From Longimicrobiales bacterium (GTDB lineage: Bacteria > Gemmatimonadota > Gemmatimonadetes > Longimicrobiales > Gaopeijiaceae): 64,000 nucleotides of DNA. The DNA is taken from positions 736,001 through 800,000 of the forward strand of contig CBDFIQ010000002.1 of NCBI GenBank assembly GCA_965248195.1. The letters run 5' to 3'. The notes below the pieces were generated by a model. It had not been told where the DNA came from. It saw only the letters and a program-made list of their open reading frames with translations, and did no database searches. This document shows positions 39,393 through 49,231 of the stretch, piece by piece. A program made the translations under genes and the position numbers. How positions within the stretch are numbered: the first letter of the stretch is position 1; every line of letters begins with the position of its first letter.

Positions 39393-41696
39393 CTAAAGAT
39401 GCGGCGATTGGACCGTACACCCCGAACCCACCGCTTCGGCCAGCCCCTGACGGGCGAGCAGGCGGAGTCGGTATTGGCCCGCGGGGACAGACTGCGGCAC
39501 CCAGCGTGCCTCCCACAGGTAGCCGTCGCGCCTCTCTTCGACAGCCTGCACCTGCACCTCGGGATTTGCATCGTCGGCCAGAAAGCCCCATTGGCCAGCG
39601 CTCTCCCGCTCGATCTGAACGATGGGAGCCTCCGCGGGGACCAATGTGCCCGGTCTGAGATCTGTCCATCTGACCCGCACTTCATCCGCCCCGCAGGCCA
39701 TATCGAACACCTCTCTACGGAACCCCGCCGGAATCGGACGAGGCGCCCAAAAGTGCGTAGGGCTTTCCGCGTGGAATGCCAGAATGGCGTCCACGGCTAC
39801 CGTCGGATTCCCGCTACGGAGACTGGTGGCCAATTGCCCCAACTCGTATGCGAGCATTTCGCCGGTGTTGGGCCCGTAAAGGGTCGAGCCCCCCTCGTAG
39901 TGTTGTGCCTCGTATTCATCGGCGCTGGCGACGTAGCTCGCGTAGCCGTTCGCCAGACTGACCGCTAGCGTGCGGTCGACGCCGTCCGGCGCGCTCCGGA
40001 GGAGGGTCTCCCGGATCAACGCGCCGACCTCGGTCGTCGGCTCGACGGGCACTGAGCCGATCAGGACATCACCCACCCTGTACACGCCGAACTGAAAAAC
40101 TTGAGGTAGCGTGTATTCCTTGATCAACATGCCGAGCTGGACCTTCTTATGCCCGAAGCAACCGTCGGGTGTATCCCGTGCGGCCGATCCGCCCTCGTCG
40201 AAGTTCATATTGATGAAGAACACACGGTGCTTCCAGGTACGGATGTAGCCCTTCTCGGCACCCCCAACCCCGGAAGCACCCATGCGCGGGGGCCAACAGG
40301 TCTGGTGCGGACCCGTGTAGGTCCGAAGGTCCACGGTAGTGAACGCCCGCCCCACGGACAGATCCGACGAGAGAGCGGCGGCGGCGCGGTCGAAGATCTC
40401 TGTGGCGCGAGCTCCGAGGGCCGAGGCGAAGGCGTCCACCTCGAGCCGGGTCTCGTCGAGGCACGATTCCACCTCGGACATCGGTGCGCGCCACGCCTCT
40501 GGTGCGGGGAGAGTTCTCGGACCGGCCGGTCGGCGTTCCGGGAGGAAGCGATATAACCTGCACGGCACCGGGTCCCGTAGATTCGCGCCCACGTCACCAT
40601 GGGCACCCTGGGCTAGGAGGAAGTAGGCGGCCCCGCCGGCGGCCGAGCCTGCTCCACCGCTCCGGACCGCCCGGATATGGTCCTCGACCGCCCGTGCGAT
40701 CACGCCATGGATGTCTGAGTCGAAAAGGTTGTTGGACGCGGGAATGTTGCTGCTGTGGATGGGGAACACGGCGTAGGCGCCGCGAGGCGCACAGTTCTCC
40801 CACTGCCGGTCGCAGCGGTCAACGCGGAGGAGTGCGAAGGTGGAGTCGACCGCTTGCTGATCCAACCTGCGTGCCGCACCGGGATCGACCGCCACGCGCG
40901 GAGAGGTGTTCCGCTCGTACGCTTCGTAGCTCCGGTTGAAAGTGAAGTCCCAGACCGCCTCGAAGCGCCAACCGGCTCTCGCAGGTTGCAGATCCGATGC
41001 GGCATCCTCGATCGCCCCGGCAATGCCATCGATCAGGAAATCCGTGACCACGGGGTCGAACCCAACGAAACGTCCCGCGTTGGCGTTGTATCCATCGGCG
41101 GCGAAGAAATTTCCTGGACCCGAATGTGTATGGGTGGCCGAAAGGAGCAAGCGGTCGGCCCCGATCCCGGTGCCAGATCGAACGATTCGATCGGCGACTC
41201 TGCGATGAAGGACGAGCGAGACCATGCCGAGATCGACGACCACCAGCGCGACGCGCTCGCCCGAGTCATCCTCCAGGACGATCGCCCGAGCGTACAGCCG
41301 TTGCCGAAAGCCCGCCGCCTGCCGGCTGTCGGCAGAGAAGGCACTCATGCCCACGCCCGGCGGCGGTGTGATGTCCCTAGCACCGAACCCGGCGAGGAGG
41401 CCGGACGCCACGGGTGCGGGGGGTGGGGCGGTGGGCGGCGGAGAGACCGGCTGGGGCAGCGCGGTCTCCTGGATGGATGCACACCCGCTGAGGCCCAACA
41501 GGGCCATTAGAAACAGGGCCCCGCCTTTCGCGCGGCTGATTCCTCTCCTCCCGATCCTTCTGACGAATCTCGCCCTAGCTTGCTCTACGGATCCCGACAT
41601 AGCTCCCTCTAAAGATCCCGACAGAGTTCGCTTTACGGATCCCGACAGGGCTCCGTTTACAGATCCCGGCATAGCTCCCTTTACAGATCCCGACAT
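39393..41696 (-). CDS. Neutral/alkaline ceramidase family lipoprotein
   Basis: Motifs 'DITPPPG', 'RLYARA', 'ATHTHSGPG', 'PVEPTT', 'Y..QHYEGGSTLYGP'; lipobox 'LLGLSGC'; start at one of the repeated ATGs (41696, 41672, 41600). Confidence 0.82.
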   Translation of the reverse strand: MSGSVKGAMPGSVNGALSGSVKRTLSGSLEGAMSGSVEQARARFVRRIGRRGISRAKGGALFLMALLGLSGCASIQETALPQPVSPPPTAPPPAPVASGLLAGFGARDITPPPGVGMSAFSADSRQAAGFRQRLYARAIVLEDDSGERVALVVVDLGMVSLVLHRRVADRIVRSGTGIGADRLLLSATHTHSGPGNFFAADGYNANAGRFVGFDPVVTDFLIDGIAGAIEDAASDLQPARAGWRFEAVWDFTFNRSYEAYERNTSPRVAVDPGAARRLDQQAVDSTFALLRVDRCDRQWENCAPRGAYAVFPIHSSNIPASNNLFDSDIHGVIARAVEDHIRAVRSGGAGSAAGGAAYFLLAQGAHGDVGANLRDPVPCRLYRFLPERRPAGPRTLPAPEAWRAPMSEVESCLDETRLEVDAFASALGARATEIFDRAAAALSSDLSVGRAFTTVDLRTYTGPHQTCWPPRMGASGVGGAEKGYIRTWKHRVFFINMNFDEGGSAARDTPDGCFGHKKVQLGMLIKEYTLPQVFQFGVYRVGDVLIGSVPVEPTTEVGALIRETLLRSAPDGVDRTLAVSLANGYASYVASADEYEAQHYEGGSTLYGPNTGEMLAYELGQLATSLRSGNPTVAVDAILAFHAESPTHFWAPRPIPAGFRREVFDMACGADEVRVRWTDLRPGTLVPAEAPIVQIERESAGQWGFLADDANPEVQVQAVEERRDGYLWEARWVPQSVPAGQYRLRLLARQGLAEAVGSGCTVQSPHL

Positions 41697-41706
41697 AGCT
41701 CCCTCT
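41583..41706. repeat. 24-bp tandem repeat x5 at the porin-stop / ceramidase-start junction
   Basis: Units of type ctttacagatcccgacatagctcc at 41583, 41607, 41631, 41655 and 41679; no spacers. Confidence 0.92.
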
Positions 41707-42580
41707 CCGGACGGCAACGAGGAAGGGTGAACCGCAGGCCCAGGCCCAACCACTACCGAGCCCGGTCGCGAGCCCCGGCGACTCGCACCCCAAGTCGTTT
41801 CGTTTCGGGGTCCAGGCCCCGAACCCAGTGGGGATCGACCGTAAGCGAGGCCGTGAACGGACCGGCGGGAACCGGCAGGAACGTCATGCGAAGAGAAACG
41901 TCGAGGTGTGTGATTCCCCGCTCCGAAAAGAGGTAGTCGGAGGGATCCGTGTCGTCGACGCTGCGTTCCTGCCCTAGGGCGAACCCACTCCGGCCCTCCA
42001 GAAACATCGATCCGACCGGCACGACCAGTCCCGCCCAAACCGGAATCTGCAACGTGGCGGCGATCTCCGCGTAGGCGCCTCCGACCCGGTCCACGTCCCA
42101 ATAAACGGTGGCTTCGCCGAGCAGGGGAGCCCCTGGCATGGCGCCTCGTGCCCCGGCGTACACCTCCCATGTGTTCCCTCTCCGGAGGACGGTCCCCGGC
42201 GCTGGGCTTCGGAAAGTGTATCGGGCCAGCCCCGCTACCAATCGACCGCCGTTCCCACCGAAGGAGGCTTCGAACCACGGGCTCGTCTCGAAGGCCCAGC
42301 GCTCCGGAAGGCCGACCGCCGCCTCGGACGACAGATCCGTCAGGGACCAAACACCTGCGGTCAAGATCAGGTCGCGCCAGGCTAAAGACCCGTATACCGC
42401 GTGCTGGACGTTGCGCCCCGGATCCAACTGCAGGCCCCTCCATTCGTAGTGGCTCGCCAGCGCGATGTCCGCGTCCAGCGCCCACTCCTGAGCGAACAAC
42501 GCGATCGGCGAAAAAACGACCGAGAGAACCGTGAGGGTCCAGATTCGCCCCATCGCGTCTGTGACTCGAGTCGTGTTCAT
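41681..42580 (-). pseudogene. Putative outer-membrane beta-barrel (TorF-like), with a probable premature TAG at 41753-41755
   Basis: Signal peptide, 'ADIALASHYEWRG', amphipathic strands; the frame continues past the TAG as WLGLGLRFTLPRCRPERELCRDL*. Confidence 0.6.
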
Positions 42581-42641
42581 GAACCGAGAGTCAGGATTGG
42601 GGCAGCACTTTCGTCGGCGTGCGGACTCCGCGGCCACCACA

Positions 42642-44561
42642 CTAAAAGGTGAAGCCGAGTCCAAAGTATATGGCCGTTCGCTGTTCACTTCTGGCCATCG
42701 ATACCTGCAAGGTCGTCGCCCGTAACCCCGGTGCGATCCAGATCCCTCCGCCGTACGATTTGTGCCATAGGTCCGACGAGAGGCCGTCCTGAAACACGCG
42801 TCCCAGATCCCCGAATCCGAACACGCCGAACTCGGTAGGGAAGAGGACCGAGACACGCCCGAGGGTGGCTCTCAACTCGGCACTTCCGTAGAGAGATGAG
42901 CGGCCAGCGAAGCGCTGTTCGCGGAGTCCCCGTACGTTGTCGGACCCTCCGAGGAGGGCGGCCTCATAGTAGGGGATCATCGTACCCCACAGGCGTTTTC
43001 CCCCCACGCGAGTAGCCAGAGTGGGGTTCCCGCCACTGGGAGACAGGAAGGCCGCAATCTCCCCGTGCGCCTCCACGATCGAACTCTCAAGATCGAGGAC
43101 TTCGGGGTAGTATGCCGTACCCGCTGTAAGGTGGTAACCCCTCGTGGGCCATGTCGGGTGGTCTCGCCCGTCCAGGTCGAGTGACGCCTGAACTCCGAGT
43201 TGCATCAACGTTCCGGATCCGTATGGTTGTCGGTCCGCAACGAAATTGTCGGTGCCCGTCGTATCGGATGCGGTCCGCTTAAAGACAGGACCGATGGCCA
43301 GTTCCGTCTTCTCGCCGTCGCCGAAGCTCAGCGTTCCCGTAATGACGAATTGATCCTGGTCCACCTTGAAGAAGTCTGAAGGCCTGTCCTTTGCGGTCTC
43401 GTTGCCGAAGCCATAAAAGTTGACGACTTCCACTCCCGAGAAGCGAGCTCGGAGGCTGAGATCCGCACTACCCCGGAACAGGCCCCGGAAGTCCTGCCTA
43501 TAATCCACGAACGGTTTGGATCGTCCGAACGCCCATCCGACGCTCGTCTGGGTGCGCAAGTAGTAAGGGTAGGTGAGGAAGCCGTAGGTCGTCTTCTTGA
43601 GGCCGAGGTGTAACACGAGTCCACGGTCAACGTCGAACCCCATCTGGACCTGGGGGGAAGTCTGGGACCCCCAATCCAGAACACGAAGAGACTCACCGAC
43701 CCAGGACCAGGGGCGAGGGGCTCCCCGATTATCGAACCGCATACCTGGACCGGTTCTCACCGTGGCATCGCCGGCATCAAAGACTCGGATCCCACGCGCA
43801 GCAGACGAGTTGACGAACTCGTCCCGGCCACCGCCACCAACGAGGCGGATGTCAATCGGTGAATTGCCGGCGCCGCGGATTCGGGCCAGATCGTCCCCGC
43901 CGTGAAGGTAGACCCGGATCTCTCGGGTCTCGTTGGGGAAGAATACGCGCTCGAAGTGCGGCGAGCCGTCCGGCTCCGAGTTCGCCCCACGTTCATGCAG
44001 CACCACGCGGACGCTCCCATCCTCGAGATGGTCTATCGTTGCCACTTCATCTTCGTCTGTGGCATGAATATCGGACCACTCGAAGACGATCTTGTAGAAT
44101 TCGCGAGCCGCCTCCGCTAGGTCGCTGCGACGACTCCTCAGTTTTGCCTCGAGCTCGGGCCCTATGAGTGCGTAGTGTTCTCGAGGCATGCGCGAAACGG
44201 CCTCTCCGATCACGTCATCCGTGAGCGAGGCGGCTACCTCTTCTACCGTGGCATTCCAGATCTCTCGATCGAGCCCGACCAGGATGTTGCGATCGATATC
44301 CCAGGCGTTCCGGGTGAGCGCCTGTATATCCGGGTATTCTTCGCCGAAAGTGACGAGACGCCGGTCGTAAAAACGGCCGATACGCTTCAGGACGCCATCG
44401 AACTGTACGAATGCCTGATCCCGGTCACGGGGAACGGGACGCCAGACGCGTCCACCGTCGACCTCGTCGAATCGAGCCCAGAGGTAGTTGTTCTCACTAC
44501 GATCACGGTCACCCACCAGGATGTCGATGAGGCGAGCTTTCAGTAGCTCATAGAGGTCCAG
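42642..44561 (-). pseudogene. Omp85/BamA-TamA-family barrel protein with kinase-like upstream domain, 5'-truncated
   Basis: Omp85 loop 'VRGLREQRFAG', C-terminal 'YFGLGFTF'; begins abruptly at 'LDLYELLKARLIDILVGDRDR..NN' with no signal peptide. Confidence 0.78.
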
Positions 44562-45305
44562 TGGGCCGGCCACGCAGACGGCTGCGCAGAAGAGTTGCCA
44601 TCGGAGCTGCTGCACCAGTTGAGCGACGCCTATGGTGAGCTGGCCCAACGCTCAGACGTCGAAAAGCCCAGCGTGGCGGTGCGGTCGTCTGCAATTGACG
44701 AAGACGGTGGCTTCGCCTCGTTCGCCGGACAGTACGAGACCTATCTGAATCTGGAGGGGGATGCGGCCGTGGCGGCCGCGGTGCTCCGCTGCTGGCACTC
44801 CACTCGGGCGGAGCGAGTCACCGAATACCGACAGCGTGCCGGGCTAGCGCTCGACAGATTAGAGATGGCCGTGCTCGTCCAAGAGCTCGTTCCCGCCGAC
44901 TCCTCGGGGGTGATCTTCAGCGCCAATCCCGTCACCCAGAATCGCGGCGAGGTCGTGATCAATGCCAGCTGGGGGCTGGGTGAAAGTATCGTTGGCGGCA
45001 CCGTCAGCCCGGATACCTTCACGATCGACAAACGGGACCTGACGGTGACCGAGTCCAAGATCTCGGACAAGAAGGTCATGACCGTGCGGGTTCAAGACGG
45101 CACGGAGGAAGTGCCTGTGCCGCGCTTCATGCGCTCGCGCCCCACGCTCTCGGGTGAGCAACTGGTCGCTATGGCGCAACTCGCGATGAGCCTGGAGGAT
45201 GAGATGGGATGGCCGGTCGACGTGGAGAGCGCCTATTGCGGAGAAGAGCTGTATCTACTGCAGTGTCGCCAGATCACTACGTTGACCGAACCCGATCAGA
45301 AGTGA
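44559..45305 (+). pseudogene. PEP/pyruvate-binding (PPDK_N ATP-grasp) domain protein, 5'-truncated
   Basis: Motifs 'VAVRSSA.DED…SFAGQYETYL', 'MAVLVQ', 'WGLGESIVGG.V.PD', 'LQCRQIT'; lacks the N-terminal GGK / VPxGF segment; in-frame TAG at 44544. Confidence 0.8.
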
Positions 45306-45343
45306 CAGAGTAACGCGAACCCAGAGGCGGAGGAAAACCGGCT

Positions 45344-47020
45344 ATGTCCGATGCAGTCCCCCCATCCGAACCCGTAACGATTCCACCCCAAGAGGACTTC
45401 CCAGTCGAGTGGGCATCCGCCGACGAACAGAAGATCCCCTGGGAGCTCGACCTGATGCACTTCAACAACGTCATGCCGCCTCTCGAGGCAGAATTCTGGG
45501 CGCAGTTCATGCACGGAGCGGACCTGGCCATGCAGGATTTCGAGATGCCGCTGCAGATGGTGGCCAAGCCTTTCAACTACTGGTTGTATACCGGAATCTT
45601 TCCCCGAATCCCACCAGAGCAGATGGCGGAACAGACCACGCGTTCGGATGAAGTCCTCATGGCCAACGTCGGTCGCCTTCAGGAGCGCTGGGACGAGGAA
45701 TGGTTACCCGAGATCAAGAAGCACATTGAAGAGTGGGACGCCTTCGATGTCGCGGCGGCTTCTACTGCCGATCTGCAAACCCATTTAACAGAGGTGTGGG
45801 CAGGCGCCCTACGTCTGGCGGACATTCACTTCCAGATCGTATTTCCGGTGTATATCGCGCTGTCGCTGTTGGACGATCTGTACAACGACCTGTTTTCGGA
45901 TGGCGTGTTCGAGTCGCAGAAGCTGGTTCAGGGATTCGACAACAAGACCCTGGAGGTTGGTCGCGTGTTGTGGGATCTGAGTCGCAAGGCCAGGGCAAGC
46001 GATGGGGTCCGTAAGATCTTCGAGGAATATGCTCCTGGCGATGTGATGAATGCTCTGGTCGAGTCCGATGACGGGCAGGCGTTGGCGAAGGAGGTGGACG
46101 CCTTCTTGAACCTGCACGGCAAGCGGATGTCGGATTGGGGAATCCGTCACGGGAGTTGGATCGAGGACCCCAGTCCCGTCATGGTCACCCTAAAGGGCTA
46201 CATCGAACAGGAGGGCAACCCGCACGACGAGCTAAAGGAGCGAGCTGCGGAACGCGACGATGCCGTAGCCGCCGCGAGAGAGCGACTGCAGGGGTACCCC
46301 TCCAATGTGCGCGACGAGTTCGAACATCTGCTCAAGGCCGCCTCCGCGGCCGTCGTACTGACCGAAGATCATGGCTATTGGATCGATTTTCAGTCTACCT
46401 ACCGGGTGCGTCGAGTCGCCATGGAGATGGGTAAGCGATTGGCCGAGGCGGGCACGCTAGCGACAGCCGGGGACGTCTTCGTTCTAGGGACAGACGAAAT
46501 CGCCGCAGCGGCGGGCGCCTCACCTACGCCTGATCACACGGGCCTTGTGGAGGCACGCAAGAAGGAGATGGAGCATTTCGGATCGCTGAAGCCGCCCCCG
46601 TTCATGGGCACGGACTACGGGCCACCACCACCCGGACTGGTGTCTGACGCATTGGGAAAGTTCTTCGGAGCGCCGGCCGAGCAGGACGATGCAGCGGGCG
46701 ACACAGTGGCGGGAAATGCCGGCTCATCGGGCAAGGTCCGGGGAACGGCGAGGGTTCTGCGCTCTCTGGACGAAGCCGACAAGCTCGGCGTGGGGGAGAT
46801 TCTGGTGGCCCAGAGTACGTCACCGTCGTGGACGCCGCTGTTCGGGATTGCGGCAGGCATTGTTACGGATACGGGCGGCATTCTCAGCCACTGTGCCGTG
46901 GTGGCTCGCGAGTACAACATCCCGGCGGTGGTCGGGACCGGCGTGGCGACCAGCACGATCATGGACGGTCAGACGATCGAGGTGGATGGCGACGCGGGGC
47001 GAGTGCGCCTTTTCGACTGA
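45344..47020 (+). CDS. PEP-utilising enzyme: substrate-binding domain plus swivelling phospho-His domain (rifampin phosphotransferase-like C-terminal part)
   Basis: 'GEILVA..TSPSWTPLF', 'GGILSHCAVVAREYNIPAVVG', 'VDGDAG.V'; strong RBS ggagg. Confidence 0.85.
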   Translation: MSDAVPPSEPVTIPPQEDFPVEWASADEQKIPWELDLMHFNNVMPPLEAEFWAQFMHGADLAMQDFEMPLQMVAKPFNYWLYTGIFPRIPPEQMAEQTTRSDEVLMANVGRLQERWDEEWLPEIKKHIEEWDAFDVAAASTADLQTHLTEVWAGALRLADIHFQIVFPVYIALSLLDDLYNDLFSDGVFESQKLVQGFDNKTLEVGRVLWDLSRKARASDGVRKIFEEYAPGDVMNALVESDDGQALAKEVDAFLNLHGKRMSDWGIRHGSWIEDPSPVMVTLKGYIEQEGNPHDELKERAAERDDAVAAARERLQGYPSNVRDEFEHLLKAASAAVVLTEDHGYWIDFQSTYRVRRVAMEMGKRLAEAGTLATAGDVFVLGTDEIAAAAGASPTPDHTGLVEARKKEMEHFGSLKPPPFMGTDYGPPPPGLVSDALGKFFGAPAEQDDAAGDTVAGNAGSSGKVRGTARVLRSLDEADKLGVGEILVAQSTSPSWTPLFGIAAGIVTDTGGILSHCAVVAREYNIPAVVGTGVATSTIMDGQTIEVDGDAGRVRLFD

Positions 47021-47085
47021 GGGTCCCCTCACCTTTGCCCAACCCGAAAGGGCTTATCGAAGCCAACCACCGAGGGCGGTATTCT

Positions 47086-47351
47086 ATGGATCCCTTCATT
47101 CTCCAAGCGATGATCTTCTCGATTATCGTAATAGTCCTCCTTGGAGGTTTCACGCTGCTTTTCCACTCACGCGTCAGCTCGGCAAGGTCCTCGAGAAGAA
47201 GTACCTGGAGGACGGAACCGGCGGGACGAACGCGCAGGAGGTCGCCGAGCTCCGCCGGGCCGTGCAGGCGCTAACGGGCGACGTGGAACGCCTGAGCGAG
47301 CGGCAGGACTTCACCGAGAGGTTGCTTGAGGGTCCTCGCCCCGAGGATTGA
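47086..47351 (+). pseudogene. Small membrane protein with coiled-coil tail, split by a one-base deletion near 47162
   Basis: MDPFILQAMIFSIIVIVLLGGFTLLF joined to PLTRQLGK…VERLSERQDFTERLL needs one extra base in ctt ttc [c]ca. Confidence 0.65.
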
Positions 47352-47372
47352 GCCGTTCGATACGCGCCTGCT

Positions 47373-49211
47373 TTACGTTGCTCCCACCACCGTCGCCTCG
47401 ATGTCCTGCTCGAGCATTTGCCGGTGGAGCAGTCGGGCGTAGGTCCCTCCGAGTGCGATCAGGTCGGGATGCCGGCCCCGCTCCGCGATCCGGCCACCAT
47501 CCAGCACCAGAATGAGATCCGCGTTCATCACGGCGGACACGCGGTGGCTGATGATGAAGGACGTGCGCCCCTCCATCACGCGTGTGAGGTCGTCGAGGAT
47601 GCGTGCCTCGGTGTGCGTGTCGACTGCGCTCAAGGCGTCGTCGAGGACGAGGATCCGCGGGTCGCGCGCCACGGCACGGGCCAGGGTAGTGCGTTGCTTT
47701 TGACCCCCCGACAGGTTGACTCCCCGCTCACCGAGAAGCGTTCCCCAGCTCTTCGGAAATCCCTGGATGGACTCGTCGAGCTGTGCGATACGGGCCGCTT
47801 CGACGACGGCTTCATCGGGGTCCTCGACGGGACCCTCCGGTGCACTGTGTGCCCGGTGTTCTTCCCGGGCCCAAACCTCTGCGGCCGACGGTTGGGCTCC
47901 GAGGTCGAGGCCAAGTCCGATGTTCTCCTCGATGGTCGCCGAGAAAAGGAACGGGTCCTGGGGCACCATGCCGATGAGCGAGCGTAGCTCACCCGGATCC
48001 AGATCGCGTACGTCCACCCCATCGATCAGAACGTGCCCGTCCGTCACGTCGTAGATCCTGGGGATCAACGTCACGAGCGTCGTCTTGCCCGAGCCGGTGG
48101 GACCGACGACCGCCACGGTCTGACCCGGGTTGGCGGAGAAAGAGACGTCCTCGAGGACCAACCGCTCCGTTCCGGGATAGCGGAACGAGACGTTCCGGAA
48201 CTCGACGGCCCCACGGGGCTCGGCGAGACGCACAGGATTCTCGGGGGGGCGTACGGCTGGCTCGGTCTCGAAAATCCTGTTGAGGCGGCCCATGCTGGCG
48301 GCACCTCTCTGGAACAGGTTGACCACCCAACCCAGGGCAATGAGTGGCCAGACGAGCATCGCCACGTAGATCCCGAATGCCACGAAGTCACCGAGCGTGA
48401 TACGTCCGGCAATAACTTCGAGACCGCCGAGCCACAGTACGATGACCATTGCCGTCCCCGAGAAGAGCGCGAGGATCGGGTGGAACAAGCCCGCCACCTT
48501 CACGAGGCCCATGTTTCGGTCCATGTACTCGCGATTGAGGCTGTCGAAGTGGTGCGCCTGACTCTCTTCCTGCACGTACGCTCTCACGATGCGCATGCCC
48601 GTCAGGTTTTCCTGCACCATGGTCGAGAGCGTGGCGAACTGCTCCTGAATTTTCTCGAAACGCTGGTGAATCACACGCGCGAACGCGAACACGACCGGAG
48701 GGAGGATCACCATCGGAATGAGGGCGTAGAGCGTGAGCCTGGGGCTGATCCATACCATGAATCCGAGAGCGAGCAGGAAGCTCACGAGCGTATTCACAGC
48801 GTACATGATGGCCGGCCCTGTTGCCATGCGCACGGCCTGCGTGTCGTTGGTGGCACGGGCCATGAGATCACCGGTCCGCGTTCCGCCGTAGAAGCTCGCG
48901 TCCAGCTGAAGGAGGTGTGAAAAGAAGTCGTTCCGCAGGTCGCACTCGATGCGGCGGCTGAGACCGTTGAGAAGCTCCCGCATGCCGTACTTGGCGGCGC
49001 CCCCGAGAAATGCGGCCGCTATGATGAAGAGCGCATAGGTCGAAATACGGCCCATCGTCACATCCGGATCGCCCAGGCCGTCGATGGACAGCTTGATCAG
49101 GTACGGCCCGGCCACCGTGAACAGGTTGGTGACGACGACCAGCGCAAGACCGGCGACGACGCCGGCCCGGTAAGGCCGGAAATAGGGGAGGACGGTACGG
49201 AGCTCGTTCAT
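47373..49211 (-). CDS. ABC exporter, fused permease/ATPase (MdlA-like)
   Basis: TM domain; Walker A 'GPTGSGKT'; 'LSGGQKQR'; 'LDDALSAVD'. Confidence 0.92.
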   Translation of the reverse strand: MNELRTVLPYFRPYRAGVVAGLALVVVTNLFTVAGPYLIKLSIDGLGDPDVTMGRISTYALFIIAAAFLGGAAKYGMRELLNGLSRRIECDLRNDFFSHLLQLDASFYGGTRTGDLMARATNDTQAVRMATGPAIMYAVNTLVSFLLALGFMVWISPRLTLYALIPMVILPPVVFAFARVIHQRFEKIQEQFATLSTMVQENLTGMRIVRAYVQEESQAHHFDSLNREYMDRNMGLVKVAGLFHPILALFSGTAMVIVLWLGGLEVIAGRITLGDFVAFGIYVAMLVWPLIALGWVVNLFQRGAASMGRLNRIFETEPAVRPPENPVRLAEPRGAVEFRNVSFRYPGTERLVLEDVSFSANPGQTVAVVGPTGSGKTTLVTLIPRIYDVTDGHVLIDGVDVRDLDPGELRSLIGMVPQDPFLFSATIEENIGLGLDLGAQPSAAEVWAREEHRAHSAPEGPVEDPDEAVVEAARIAQLDESIQGFPKSWGTLLGERGVNLSGGQKQRTTLARAVARDPRILVLDDALSAVDTHTEARILDDLTRVMEGRTSFIISHRVSAVMNADLILVLDGGRIAERGRHPDLIALGGTYARLLHRQMLEQDIEATVVGAT

Positions 49212-49231
49212 GGGCGGGCCTCAGACCTGGG

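Noticed and set aside
41583..41706. CRISPR array (24-bp repeats; also the 66-bp array at 17231)
   Set aside because: Units are directly tandem with no unique spacers, are multiples of 3 within reading frames, and no cas genes are present.
12813..41755. Stop-codon recoding (Sec/Pyl or alternative code) to explain the in-frame TGA and TAG
   Set aside because: The expected residues are Arg and Trp, each reachable by one transition, and TGA and TAG terminate many normal genes in the window.
41697..42485. 1030-aa ceramidase with a long N-terminal extension
   Set aside because: The extension is an Arg/Gly-rich alternative frame overlapping the porin-like gene; the signal peptide lies near 41600-41480.
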